This document shows, one piece after another, positions 35,502 through 49,006 of a stretch of 64,000 bases of DNA. Below the pieces are notes generated by a model. That model ran no database searches. It had not been told where the DNA came from and saw nothing but the letters and a program-made list of their open reading frames with translations. Origin of the DNA: Octopus sinensis (taxonomy: Eukaryota); NCBI RefSeq assembly GCF_006345805.1, contig NC_043005.1, positions 3,286,001-3,350,000 of the forward strand, in the 5' to 3' direction. Both the position numbers and the translations under genes were made by a program. Numbering within the stretch: position 1 is the first letter of the stretch; each line of letters opens with the position of its first letter.

Positions 35502-37072
35502 GATTCTTAACCGTTTTTATCTCTGGACGCCTTCGTTTACTATTGTATTCTGGAGTTCCTCTAGCTTATTCAATGTTTAAAAGCTAGATTTACAGATTCG
35601 TGGTTTGTAATATCTACACCTTGCTTAAGAGTTGCCCAGCAGCACAACTTAGTACATGGTTTTTAGGCAACTGACCCTGAGTGGGAAGGTCTGTAAGCGG
35701 ATCTCTCACTTGTTTTGGAGAATTTGTCGGAAAAGGTTACGTAAAATAAAATCACAGTAATGAAATCTTTATATCGGGATTGTGGAATTCTGATCCAAGC
35801 ACACCATATGCCCTTCGATTTTATTTCACGACACTGGAATTCATGCGATTTAGCGAACAATTTGGATTTTCTCCGTTTTTTCACGGATTTTTCCATGGAC
35901 CGATTTTGGAATGCACTTAACCATGGGAGAAGGCTTTTGTTTCTAGCACATCCCACGACTACCTTCATGTTTTTCAGTATTTTTCGCCCTCTGTACACAT
36001 TCGTGCTATTAAAGTTTTCCTTCCCATTGTTTAATTAGAATATTGGAGAGACTGGGATTTAGTTTTTTGCTTCCGTTCAAACTGGATGTCCTGATATGAA
36101 ACTAAGATTTCTGACGAGAACACACTTACGTTGCAATTTATCGGTTTTGACAGGGATTTCAGATTTTTTTTCCCACGGTATAAACTTTTCACAAAAAGAT
36201 AAATTGGAAAAATGATTTTACCCCCCTTCTCCGGATCGGTTTTGTGGGCACTACGCACTTAAAAAAACTATAGAAGCCCTTTCGGTAAAAAAATGTTTTC
36301 AGACGAAAAGGTGTGGGATTTAAAGGGAGATTTGGCTGCTGTATCTAGCGTGCCCCGTGACCAGCTCCTTCGTTTCTGTCTCACTGACAAGTATTGATAT
36401 CTTTCAATATTTTTCTCCCCATTTCCACATTATCTGCAGAAACTCAAATGCTATTAAAAAAAATATTTTGGGGGGAAATTTTTGGCCTTTATCAACCTAA
36501 CCGGTCATGGGATGTGCTAGAAACAATAGCCAAATGTCTGTCTATTAAATCACTCGCTCTTTCGTCTGAAAATTTGTAGTTGTTCTCTAATTATATCGAA
36601 AAGGTTTCTATAGTTTTTAAAGTGCGTTAGTGCCCACATAATCGGTCCGGAGGGGGTGGGGTTAAAAAAACAATTTTCGAGAATTTCTTCTTTTTTCTGC
36701 TAAAATGATCATTTCCAAGAAACTGAAAAATCCGTCAAAACGGAGAAATAGCAACTTATGTGTGCTTCCTATCTCTGACGTCCGCCAATTTTTACCCCCA
36801 CCCCATAAATTCTAGAATTTCCACTCTTTTGGAAAATATAAGTCATCGGTTTAAGATACAGACAGTCCGAACCTGCAATTTATTTAATTTCCAGATGAAA
36901 AGCTGTGATTTAAGAGAGATTTAGCCATTTCTAAACATCTCACACCTTACACGTTTTTTTCTTTTGTCAAACATTGATGTTTTTCAATATTCTTTCCCCA
37001 AACATTTGATTCGGACGTAACTGAAATGTTCACCCCCACCGCTCCAAGCGAGTGTGCCTAAGAAAACATTTG

Positions 37073-37252
37073 GGTACTACTTAAAGAACAGTGGTTCCGG
37101 TGCGCGCACTCGTGCCAGCTAGTCGATCCTACAACGACTACCCAGCAAAGTAAATAAAACACAAAATAAATTTTTTACAAAGTAAAAACACCAAGAATCG
37201 ACTAGTCATGACTAGCTTGCGCGCACCGGGACCGCTGTTCTTAAGTAGTACC
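37073..37252. mobile_element. MITE, 180 bp, TIR GGTACTACTT(A)AAGAACAG, 8-bp TSD (hAT-like)
   Basis: TSD AACATTTG / AACGTTTG. Inner TIR extends to CCGGTGCGCGCA / TGCGCGCACCGG. Confidence 0.8.
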
Positions 37253-38321
37253 AACGTTTGCTAACTGAAAAAGCATTCTATTAAATGAATTATCTTTTCG
37301 ATAAAATATCAAAAGCTTTGACCTGTTACATGATTTCTGCTTCAACCCCAAATCGGCCGCGCAGAAATTTTAAAGTTTTTAATTTGGAGTCCAAAAGTTT
37401 TTTTAGAAATTAAACAGGGAACATAATTGCAGATTCGAACTCCGTATTTTTAAAACGGGATTTAAAAATTTCCGAAAGCCTATGAATTTCTGTGTACAAC
37501 ACAAACATTGACAAAAAGTTATGGAAATTCCCCCAAAGAAATGTCATGAGGGGTTGGACCCTTAATATACTGCTGTGGGTCCCCAATTCATACGATTTTG
37601 CTTGCGTGGATCCGAGTCGAGAAGCAGTCCAGATGCTTTATTAGCAAGTAGCTCTCGTACATGCTCTCCATGTTCGCACACTCGGAGCCTGCATGTAGCT
37701 GTTATCTCTAGCATAAATACTGTCTTGTGCGAAACTGAAGTAGCTCCCACCTGCAACCACCAGCTTTTAAAATATTTTTAAGGATTTTAACGAAATGAGG
37801 AGTTGAAAGCTCGGCAGTGAAAAAGAATTGCTATTCTTCAGGTAAAATTTGGTAAAATACACTCCAGAGTTCGGAGTCGAACCGGTTGTTTTCCAGCTAT
37901 TTGGAATATTGGAGATCCTGGAGTTGTTAGTAATTGTAAACAGTTCACGCAATGCTCCAAGATAAAATTGACTAAGTTCAAACATAGTGTATCAAATTAT
38001 TAATTTCAAATTTTGGCACAAGGCCAGCATTCGGGGGAGGGCTAGATGAATAGTTTCGTGTTTCAAGGCAAAGTCAAGGGAATTTAAACTCAGAACGTAG
38101 CCGCTAAGCATTTCGCACGGGCGTGCCTCATAACTCTACCATAATCACCGCCTTTTACCAATCCCAGATATTGCGATCTAATGAAGGTACGTCGCACGTA
38201 AGGAGATGAGGGGCCCATAGAAAGGGACAATAAAAAATTCCTTGAAAACGAAGCTGAAATTTAAACTAAATCTATTTAAGCATATCAAAGAGGGCGAGGT
38301 GGCTTACATTAGGATATGAAT

Positions 38322-38337
38322 GGCCCTGAAAAGGGCC
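38322..38337 (-). promoter_or_regulatory. Histone mRNA 3' stem-loop (H4 copy 3)
   Basis: GGCCCTTTTCAGGGCC on the minus strand. Confidence 0.95.
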
Positions 38338-38385
38338 GGGATTTGTCGCTAGTGACGACCACGAAGTTGGAAAAACTTGCACAGT

Positions 38386-38793
<408 letters not shown>

Positions 38794-38957
38794 TTAGAGA
38801 TCACGTGATTAAACCAGCGAATTGCAGCAAAGCGTTCGGCAGCAGCAGCAGCAGCTGTCGTTTGGCGCTTTCTCTTTGTGTTGTGAGAGGATATGTGTCA
38901 ACATTTTGGCGCTTGTTGTATATAACACTTTAGCGCCCAGATATGGAGTGTATATAA

Positions 38958-39410
<453 letters not shown>

Positions 39411-39440
39411 ATTGAAAATAAGCTACTGCTTTAGACCAAC

Positions 39441-39456
39441 GGCCCTTTTCAGGGCC
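39441..39456 (+). promoter_or_regulatory. Histone mRNA 3' stem-loop (H3 copy 3)
   Basis: GGCCCTTTTCAGGGCC. Confidence 0.95.
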
Positions 39457-39564
39457 TCTAAATTTTTTCGTAAAGTTCTACTTAAAACCCTCGTATAAAG
39501 GACATCTCTGTTTTGATGGATTTTTTTCCCCACAGCGTACATTCATAAATACATACTCTTTTAC

Positions 39565-39660
39565 TTGTTTCAGTCATTTGACTGCGGCCATGCTGGAGCA
39601 CCGCCTTTAATCGAGCAACTCGACCCCGGGACTTGTTCTTTTTGTAAGCCCAGTACTTAT
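39565..39660 (-). mobile_element. SINE family A 3' fragment
   Basis: TTGTTTCAGTCATTTGACTGCGGCCATGCTGGAGCACCGCCTTTA. Confidence 0.75.
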
Positions 39661-39969
39661 TCATATTCATTTTTGTATGTTTGTGTAAGTGGCTAGGGGT
39701 TCCTGCTTCATTTTTTTCTGTAAAGTAGCGACTAGTGTGCACTTTTTACGATAGGAGAACGAAAATGTTATTTTTAGTTGTGTGGTAAATTTTATTTCAG
39801 TTAAATGGTTGCCCATTGAAAAGGCACTAACGAAACGTAAGACATGATTTGGCTGGCGCGGCTTGTAGAATTTGCAACGAAAGGCACAGGTATAAGAAAT
39901 GGACCTGAACAAGCCAGGCTATTACCATGCTACTTATTTTTGTGGGAGGGTTACTGCTTCCGTAGCCGA

Positions 39970-40108
39970 ACGGAACCTGACAGTGAACTATCGCTTCCAG
40001 GCCTGTGGTGTTTGAGATGCTGGGTCACTAACCGCAAAGTTCTTGTCAAAGTTGGCAGCTCGCCTCACCGGGGTCTCAGGTGATGCCCGTGAGAGTGCTC
40101 GGCTTTCG
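39970..40108 (+). mobile_element. CRE-like LINE fragment, paralogue of 13635-13760
   Basis: Reverse complement of 13635-13740, with an extra CCTGTGGTGTTTGAGAT (F.P..FE..G-like) segment. Confidence 0.55.
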
Positions 40109-40377
40109 CAAAGGAGACCGATAGAATGTCCTGGGGGAGTCTATCTGTTCGGCTAAATGCGGTACTTCAGCATGGCCGCAACGAAGATATTATAATTCTG
40201 AAAAAGATTTAATGTTTCAATTTTTTACAAGATCTGATTCTTTGACGAGGGACATATTCATACGGCACAGAATGTTTTCACCTCAATATACGGTCAGTGA
40301 TTGGTTGAAATTGATGAAAAAACAAATATCTTAACTATAGAATTTTCTCAAGTCCAGTATACGAAGCTTAACATTTT

Positions 40378-40802
40378 TTGGCGATCTTTCGTCTTTAGTA
40401 GACCTTTCCGTCGATTTCCGTAAAAATTTTTTTTTTTTATATATATGGGCTTGCGGGAACTTTTGAAGTAATATACATACATATACACATACACCGAGTA
40501 AAAACTTTCAGTTATCTCTCTCTTCCACACATTACTCTCTCTGTCTCTTCACACACACTAACAGAAGCACTTCACTTACACAACATACTGTCTGTCTCCC
40601 ACACCCCATCAAATACACACACACATGTACATCAATGCTTGCCATGCACGGTAACTTCAAAAGAACTTCCCTCATCATACAATCGCTTTCTCTTAGTCTC
40701 TTTCGCTCTCATTACTTCAAAAGTTCCCGCAAGCCCATATGTAAAAAAAAAATTTTTTACGGAAATCGACGGAAAGGTCTACTAGAGACGAAAGATTGCC
40801 AA
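40378..40802. repeat. Inverted repeat, ~95-bp arms
   Basis: 40378-40472 versus 40711-40802 (TTTCGTCT.TAGTAGACCTTTCCGTCGATTTCCGTAAAAA…GGGCTTGCGGGAACTTTTGAAGTAAT). Confidence 0.85.
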
Positions 40803-41840
40803 TTTTTTAGTTACCTGGAAACTGTTAAAAACAGTCGTTCAAACCAACAGCCAAAACTGCGATGACAATGTAGGAAGTATGTAAATCAATCTACTCACCT
40901 TTCTGCAAAGGTTTTCTTTCAGAGTCATTCATGGAAAAAAAGTTGTAATTTCTGCGTCACCTCGATCCCCTCCTCCCGATTCTGCGGCCTTGGACTGCAA
41001 GCAGGCTTATTCACATGCTAGAAATAACAGCCAAACCTCACAAAACTACGATGACAATTCTACTCACCTTTCTGGGTAATTTCCCTCAGTAATATGACAA
41101 AGTGAAATTAAAATTCGAGAAAATAATGGTTTTTTAAAAACAAACGGCATTATTACAAGTAAAACGTGTTTGCACACACAATATGAATGAACACTCCTTT
41201 TTTTCAAGAGTTTGCTGTTATTTCTAGCATGTGAATAAGCCTGCTTGCAAGTCCAAGGCCGTAGAATCGGGAGGAGGGGATCGAGGTAACGTAGAAATTG
41301 AAATTTTTTCTTCAGAATCCAATTTCTATATTTTCGCAAAAAAAAAAAATATCCAGAATAAATGAAAAAATATGAAATTGGGGTGGGTGGGGATGAAAAG
41401 GAATTTTGAAAAAAGTTAAGAATAGAAGGAAATAGGGTGGGATAATTTAGAAATGTCAATTTTTGCCAAAATTTTAGCAGATTCGTATTTCCCGTAGCCG
41501 AAAAGAATTTAAGGATGGCTTGGGGTGGGGCGGAAGTCCTTGCCAAGGGTTCCGTTTGTTGTAAAAGCATAAATTAACAGAAAGACGGGATCGGGCGAAC
41601 CCAGAACTCGAATAGGAAAAATGTATGATTCATTGGGAAGTGGTTGTTAGTCGTTGCTTGCCTATAATGTCCTTTGTGGTTGTCAGTCGTTGCTTGCCCA
41701 TAATGTCCTTTATTCTCCTTACGCAAACTCGACTATCAAAAAAGATCGCTTTTCTACGTCCAGGAGTGGAACGATCACGTAAATAACTAAAATCGCAGAT
41801 CAATTGAAAATCGAAGGTTTACAATCACGAAAATATAGGT

Positions 41841-41924
41841 GGTCCTGAAAAGGACCGGTTTTTTTTTTTGAGACCATGATTTACTTGCTGCTGGTGTATT
41901 TGGTGACAGCCTTGGTACCTTCAG
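41841..41924 (-). pseudogene. H2B: H2B 3' remnant: last 13 codons, stop, 3' UTR and variant stem-loop
   Basis: 41881-41924 matches 34260-34303 ([13 protein letters not shown]). GGTCCTTTTCAGGACC at 41841-41856. Confidence 0.92.
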
Positions 41925-43570
41925 TTGCTTTAAACATTTTACCAAATCAATCTATACTTCTCTATTGTATTTCGAGATGGTCATTTTTATTTATTTATTT
42001 TGCCAAATAAACACACGCACTATATATTTGTTCTTTACTCGTTTATCAATGTTTTTTTTTCTTCTTTTTAATTTTAACTCAATGGTCCGGAAATCTTTCG
42101 TCACACATTTGTGACCTCTTCAGCGACTTTTCGCTTTCGTGTGTGCTCTTGCTCCACTTACTCCAATGACAAAGTACCTGCGTATGTCTGCTGCTCTTAG
42201 TTAATTCCACGGAGAAACTCGGAAATATTTTCAGCATCCAAGGATTAAATTAAAAATCCAAAGTTTAAAATAAAATGGAAAACTGAGAATGAAAGCTAAT
42301 TAAACTAATGAGCTGAGAGTATAGTAGACGATTTAGAGTCATAATATATATTTTCTAGGTGTGAGGGTTTACACAGCTGTGTAGTAAAAAGCTTACTTCC
42401 CAACTGTGGTTCCAGGTTCAAATGCGGGACAGGCTGGCGTGAGTCCGGGACTTGGTGATTGCAAAGCAAACATTCCATGAAATTAGATTTAATCGTTGTC
42501 TCAATAACGGTAGAGGGGAGATAACTCAGGAGTATACAACCCAACGTTTTAATGGCTGACATTCTGGAATATCAAAAATATTTGCGTCTGCTTTGATAAT
42601 TTTATGAATTTGAGGCCTTGTTCTGTTCTAAAATATTGATGGATTTAAACAAGGAATAGATAGCAAAAGCTTTATAGCAGATTGTAACCATTACAAAAAC
42701 TGCAGTAATGATGTCTTTCTTCCAGTTGGTTGTGAATCTTCCGCTAGTCCTAGTCAAAGCGGATCGAGCAGACACATGGTCAAGTGTTTTGTCCACCCAG
42801 TCTTTTCATGGCCATTTAAGGATATATTTTATTATATTTAATCCTTTCTTTTCATGACGGGAGAATGTGGTTGATTTGGTTGTTCTCAGCAGGCCGAGAG
42901 GCCACACACAGATCATCCCTCCAATCACCAACTATAATCATTTCGGATGATGTCTCGCAATCTGTTGCTCTACCATTTTCATTTCTTCCCAAGAGATTAA
43001 TTCAGAAGAAACACTACTCATTATTTCTAAAATCGTCTCTCATTTACAAAATCGTGATTATGCCAACACTAAAAATATTTCTTCGCATCGCACTTCTGAA
43101 TGTAATATTTAACTTGGAGTTTATCGCTAATATGATGTAGATTCAGAAAGAGTTCCCAGGTTTCCTTATCTTTGTGCGCAATTTTCCAAGTCTAGTGGGG
43201 TTTTTTTCTGTTCGAATATGGATTAGGGTTTACTTCAATATTAGATCTTCATTATTGCGTTGAAGCGCTGTCATTGATATCAGCAAAGCATTTAACTGTC
43301 AACTTTTCTCGTATATAAACTTCGTTCAACTCTGCCCTCAGTAATATTGCCCATTTGCCCTGCCTCTTCTACACTAATGACCTGTTTTTAATGATTGGCC
43401 AAGAATTTTGATGGTTTTATTTCAGCGATGTGCACGTAGATATCTCCGATGAGCAGAGACTCGGACTAACAATGCAAGATTCGAGGAGACCGTGCTTCGT
43501 GTGTTGTTACTTATACGCTTGATAGCTTTCCTTTAGGTTCAGTTTTGGGGCTGTTCATGTGAAGTAGAGA
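41921..43570. repeat. Segmental duplication: inverted copy at 54880-56768, partial inverted copy at 46864-47405
   Basis: Identical track ORFs (MDKTLDHV…, MSAIKTLG…, MWLIWLFS…) on opposite strands, with directly matching sequence. Confidence 0.9.
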
Positions 43571-44029
43571 GATCTTCTGAAGCTTTTTGAAGTCATGAGA
43601 ATTTGAATTGTGTTCTCCAAGGCAGGAAATATGGGCATCGAATATATTGAGACAGGATTACGAAAGGATGACTCAAATGTGGTATCAGTTACGTGTACCT
43701 GGGTAACATTATCAAGTTTTCGGGCAGCGGGGTGAACGACGACTGCATGCCAGAAAATATCGTTCTAAACACTGTTAAATGCTTCGCTGATGACAAGGAC
43801 ATTGTTATGGTTACATGTAGTAGGTTCAGCGATCGCTTATTACCATTTTATCTCTAATGAAACTATTTTAGATCCTCTCCCCACCTGTCTTCACCTTACT
43901 GACGACATTATTCAGATTATTTCTGAGAGGTGGAACAACCTGAGGGACGTTCGTTGGACTACGGCCGATATTCTCTCAAATCAAACTCTTTTACACTTTG
44001 TGACTGATAAGAAGAATACAGTTCCGAAA

Positions 44030-46684
44030 AAACCCGTGTACTCTTCCAAGACGTGACAGCAGTCGTTCGACGTAAACCCACAGCTCTGAAATTCTCGAAC
44101 ATTGCACAAGTGCGTGCGGAAGAGTTTCACTGTCCTCCTCACATCTTGGGCAGGTGAGTGAGCATGAGGCACCGTGTCTTGCAAGTTTATCATGAACTGG
44201 TAAAGTTCCTCGGTAACACTGCCAGGTTAGGGACCTCAGGAAGTTGTTCAGGGCTCCCGGCCCGAATGTCCTTTGGTACAGGCTGGCTAGTTGGCCTTCG
44301 TCGAAGCCCAGGGTTTCTCCCAGAGCGTCATCACACTTGGCCTCTACTAACCCTGTATAGAATGATGAGGTGGAACCCACGCTACAAGCATTGCCCGTGC
44401 GGCAAAAGAGCACCAGTGCCTTGTGACACTCTGCCTGCCAAGCACCCAACTTTGGTCTACGTTTGATCCATGGTTCTAGTTGACTAAAATTAGTGAACCT
44501 AGGAAGCAACAGTTTAACGAATGAAGACCACACCCGTTTACCAGCGAGAGCTTGCGCATCATCAGCCACGGCATCCCTAGCCCACCCTTTAGCGGTTGTT
44601 GGCAACAGATAGAGCGCCTTACAAGAGGTCCTCTGTCCTTCCACAAAAGCGGAAGAGCAATCGTTCCATCTTGCTTAGCCACGAATCGGGACAAGGTACT
44701 ACGGCTAGGCGGTAGATGATCACAGATGCGATAAACACATTTGCGACCTCCGTCCCGCCTTTCAGGGATAGCAATCGCCCAGACCAGGTCTGGGTTAGAT
44801 GGGCCACCCTGCTCGTGACCTCGCTACAATTTTTCTATATCTGGAGGTCTGGCGCAAACCAGACTCCGAGCAGTTTCACCGGTCTGTCCGTCCAACGTCC
44901 CACGACGCTGCTGCACAGCATCGACTTGCCTCTCCAGGTGCCGAGCTGCAAGCTGACCGACTTTTCCCGGTTAATCAATGCTCCTGCCACCGCCTCGTAT
45001 TCTTTAACGGCTTCACCTACCCAATGTAGGTGTCTGCATCAGATACGATGGTGGTGATGTCATCCACGTACGCTGTCTCTGATTTTCCACAACCTAGATC
45101 TCGCGGGACGCCATTCAAATCCTCCAACTTCCGCAGTAAGGGTTCAAGAGCCAGCACATACAGAAGTGGGGAGAGCAGACATCCTTGAAGAACAGACCGC
45201 CTGATAGAGAACGGTTCCGAAAAGAAACGGTTCCGAAAAGAAACTGTTCACTCGAGCGATCGAGTCGATGTTGCCGTATAATGCTGTGATCAACCGCGAA
45301 AGATTGGGCCAGCCCGATCGCCGAAAGAACCGCCACCAGATACCGATGGTCGACCCTATCGAAAGCTTTAGCTTGGTCTAAATGTACCAGCGCCCCACGC
45401 TTGCCAGCTATCCTATTAACCCGCTCTAAGGTATAGCGTACAAGATGGAGATTGTCGTGTATGGATCGGCGTGGGATGGCACAGGTTTGTGTCTCCGCGA
45501 CTAGTCCACCCACGACCTGCACCAATCTTTTTGCTAATACCTTGGCCAAAATCTTCACCTCTGTGTTAAGCAGAGTGATGGGCCGAAAGTTATTCACTAG
45601 ATCCCCTTTGGGTCCTTCCTTAGCAGCATCACCACTCCCTAGCTCACAGATTTCGGTATGAACCCGTTCTGTTGCCAGTTGGTGAAGACGCAAGCCAGCA
45701 ATTACCCAAACAATTCTGGCATATTATAATAAAATTCGTAGGGAAGACCATCTAGTCCTGACGACCTGTCCCCACAACAATCCGACAAGACGTCTTCTAC
45801 TTCCGCAGCTGTGATCGGCTTTTCACTGCATTCCGCTTCCCGCCCCGAGACACGCGGCACACCGGCGAGGAAGTCCGCAGGGTTCAACCTGCGCTCCGGT
45901 CCATCGCTCCTCCCGAAAAGCTGGCCAAAATGCTCATAGAAACCTTGCACATCTCCTCGGGTTCGTTTACCAATTGCCCTTGATTGTTTGTCATAGATCT
46001 TATTTTGACATCGTTACCATGTTGAGCTTCTACCGCACGGGGCCATCTCACAGCGCCAATCCCATCTCGTCCCATTGCACAAAGCTTAGCCTTGACAATG
46101 CATCCCTCGTGTTTAGTCTCGAGGTGTTGGTTGAGCGCCAATCTCGCGACCAACACTTGGGATGCATTGCCATTCTCCAATGCCTCTTCTAGGGCCTTAA
46201 CTAAGTCCCTTTCTACTCTAGTCTTCTTAGTTGCTAGTTCTTTACTAAATCTAATTGACTCAATTTTGATGGCTCTCCACCATTTGTTGTTAATAATGGC
46301 GCCTGCCAGAACCCTCTTTACTGACTCACTAATCCGGTTCCTGTATTCCTCACAGGTCAAAAGAGACTTGTTGAGTTTCCAGTAACCGGGACCTTGTCTA
46401 CATATCCTATCTAGGACAAGCTTGTGATCGCTGTAGCTGACATAGTGGAACTGTGGACAACTAGCTATGTTCTTATTCTTACGTCTAACTAAAATCCTGT
46501 CGAGATAAGATCTAGAAGATCCGTCGTTGTTCGTCCATGTCCACACTGGAGAGTCCGGAAATTCTAGCCTGTACCGGTCTGCCAGCTGAAAGCGATCGAG
46601 CAGATCGGCGAGGGATGGGTTTCCCCTTCTATTGGGATACGGGACAACACAATTTACGCGTGCATCGCAGAATAGTAAAACCAC
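44030..46684 (-). mobile_element. Decayed Tx1-type ORF2, a different subfamily from 20189-23540, truncated at both ends
   Basis: WTWTNNDGSSRSYLDRIL, YSDHKL, PGYWKLNKSLL, NFRPITLLNTEVKILAKVL, HLDQAKAFDRVDH, CPRC…ETLPHALVQC. Many frameshifts. Confidence 0.9.
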
Positions 46685-47526
46685 TTAAAAATAACCATGA
46701 AGCTCTTTCGGCTAAAAAACCCATTCGTTCTGTTCATAATTTTAAAATATTGGAGAGACTGACTAAGGTCGCAGTGATCTTTAAAAAAAGGCAGATAAGA
46801 TTTGTTGTTTGAATAGCATACATTTGTTGGCAGAGGTAAAGCTCATGGATCGCACCCCCTTTGGGAAAGGATTAAATATAATAAAATATATCCTTAAATG
46901 GCCATGAAAAGACTGGGTGGACAAAACACTTGACCATGTGTCTGCTCGATCCGCTTTGACTAGGACTAGCGGAAGATTCACAACCAACTGGAAGAAAGAC
47001 ATTATTACTGCAGTTTTTGTAATGGTTACAATCTGCTATAAAGCTTTTGCTATCTATTCCTTGTTTAAATCCACCAATATTTTAGAACAGAACAAGGCCT
47101 CAAATTCATAAAATTATTAAAGCAGACGCAAATATTTTTGATATTCCAGAATGTCAGCCATTAAAACGTTGGGTTGTATACTCCTGAGTTATCTCCCCTC
47201 TACCGTTATTGAGACAACGATTAAATCTAATTTCATGGAATGTTTGCTTTGCAATCACCAAGTCCCGGACTCACGCCAGCCTGTCCCGCATTTGAACCTG
47301 GAACCACAGTTACGAAGTAAGCTTTTTACTACACAGCTGTGTAAATTCTCACACTCAGAAAATATATTTATGACTTTCAAAAGTATAATTATACCCTCAG
47401 CTCTTTAGTTTAATTAGGTTTAATCTTCAATTCTAAGGAGTCTAAGTCAGATATTCTATCAATCCAAGGGGCCTTTCCATTGTGCATTTTACCTTCTGCC
47501 CGAATTTTATTCCAATCATTATTATT

Positions 47527-47935
47527 AAAGTGTCGAGCTGGCAGAATCGTTAGCGCGCTGGGCGAAATGTTTTGTGGTATTTCGCCCGTCGCTACGAGGG
47601 TGAGTCTGACTTTCATCTTTTCGGGGTCGAAAAAATAAGTACCAGTTGAACTGTGGGGTTGATGTGATCGACTCATCCCCTCCCTCAAAATGGCTGCCCT
47701 TGGGGCAACATTTGAAACCATTATTATTAAAGTGTCGAGCTGGCAGAATCGTTAGCACCCTGGGCGAAATGCTTAGCGGTATTTCGTCTGCCGCTACGTT
47801 CTGATTTCGAAATCCGCCGAGGTCAACTTTGCCTTCTATCCTTCGGGGATCGATAAATTATGTACCAGTTACGCACTGGGGTCGATGTAATCGACCGTTC
47901 CCTTCCCCAAATTTGAGGCCTTGTGCTTATAGTCG
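47527..47935 (+). mobile_element. Head-to-tail SINE family B dimer
   Basis: Two AAAGTGTCGAGCTGGCAGAATCGTTAGC starts (~47527, ~47729). Confidence 0.85.
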
Positions 47936-48408
47936 AATGAACCAAATTCGATGTCTGGCACCCGTGCCAGTGGACCGCTAACTGCTCCATCCGAGCGGGA
48001 TCACTGTCAGAGCAGCTCTCTGGCTTCCATACATCCAGAGGTATGTATGTATGTGTATATATATAGGGCGAGCACAATGAGAAGTTTTTATTGCAGTTTT
48101 GACTTTGAAACAAAATATATTTTCCTTAAATGTTCGCTACCTTACAAAATCTATATCACCTAAGCAAATGACCTTCTCTGAATGCACTGAAAACATTATA
48201 ACATTATCTGATCACTACTTCAGAAAATTATCGCCGTCCTCCTTGAGCACATAAGACAAATTTGGCTGGGGCAAAATGAGTAAGATTAGATAAGGTAAAT
48301 TTGCCGCTTCAGTCGTCAGAAAGCAGACTCATACACATCAATATCCATCAGAAATGCAATAAATATTTAGGTCAAATGAAAGAGGGTCAGGGGAAAATGG
48401 CACATGAT

Positions 48409-48725
48409 ATGAAATTAACGAAAGACGACTAAAATATTCTCTATAGCTTCTTAAACGATCTGCTGGAGTCTCTCTCTTTCTCATATATTTAATCACCATG
48501 CAGTGAAAGAGGAGAAATTCTTGAACATTACTCATTTTACCCCATTTAAGACTTTTTTATTTTTGAATTTTTGAAATTATCAAATTAGATTTTAGTGTGG
48601 GGGAAAAATTGATTTAGAGTCCAAAGAAAAGAATATTTAAATACCAAAAATTATCCAGATATTTTATTGACACTCAAAAACAACTGGGTCAAAGTGGAAG
48701 AATTTCTTGAAAAAAAAGTGCCTGT
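48409..48725 (+). repeat. Dispersed ~315-bp direct repeat (copy at 61653-61965)
   Basis: ATGAAATTAACGAAAGACGACTAAAATATTCTCTATAGC…GTCAAAGTGGAAGAATTTCTTGAAAAAAAAGT at both sites. Confidence 0.9.
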
Positions 48726-49006
48726 CTCGTGACTTATGTTTCGAACTTTCACTTTCAACAACTATTCTGACCAATTTTTACTCCTAAACATAAAGTAGCC
48801 ACACAAAACAATGATGCAATGCAATGATTTCAAACAGGCAGAGAAAATAACGAGAAATCAGCGATTACTCATTTTATCCCGGTTACTAATTCTGTAGCCC
48901 GCCTACATATATATATATATATATATATATATAGACCGGAGTAAACACATAAATGTGAAACAAGGTGGAAAAAAGAGTACTCAAATACCAGTGGTAGAGT
49001 AATATG

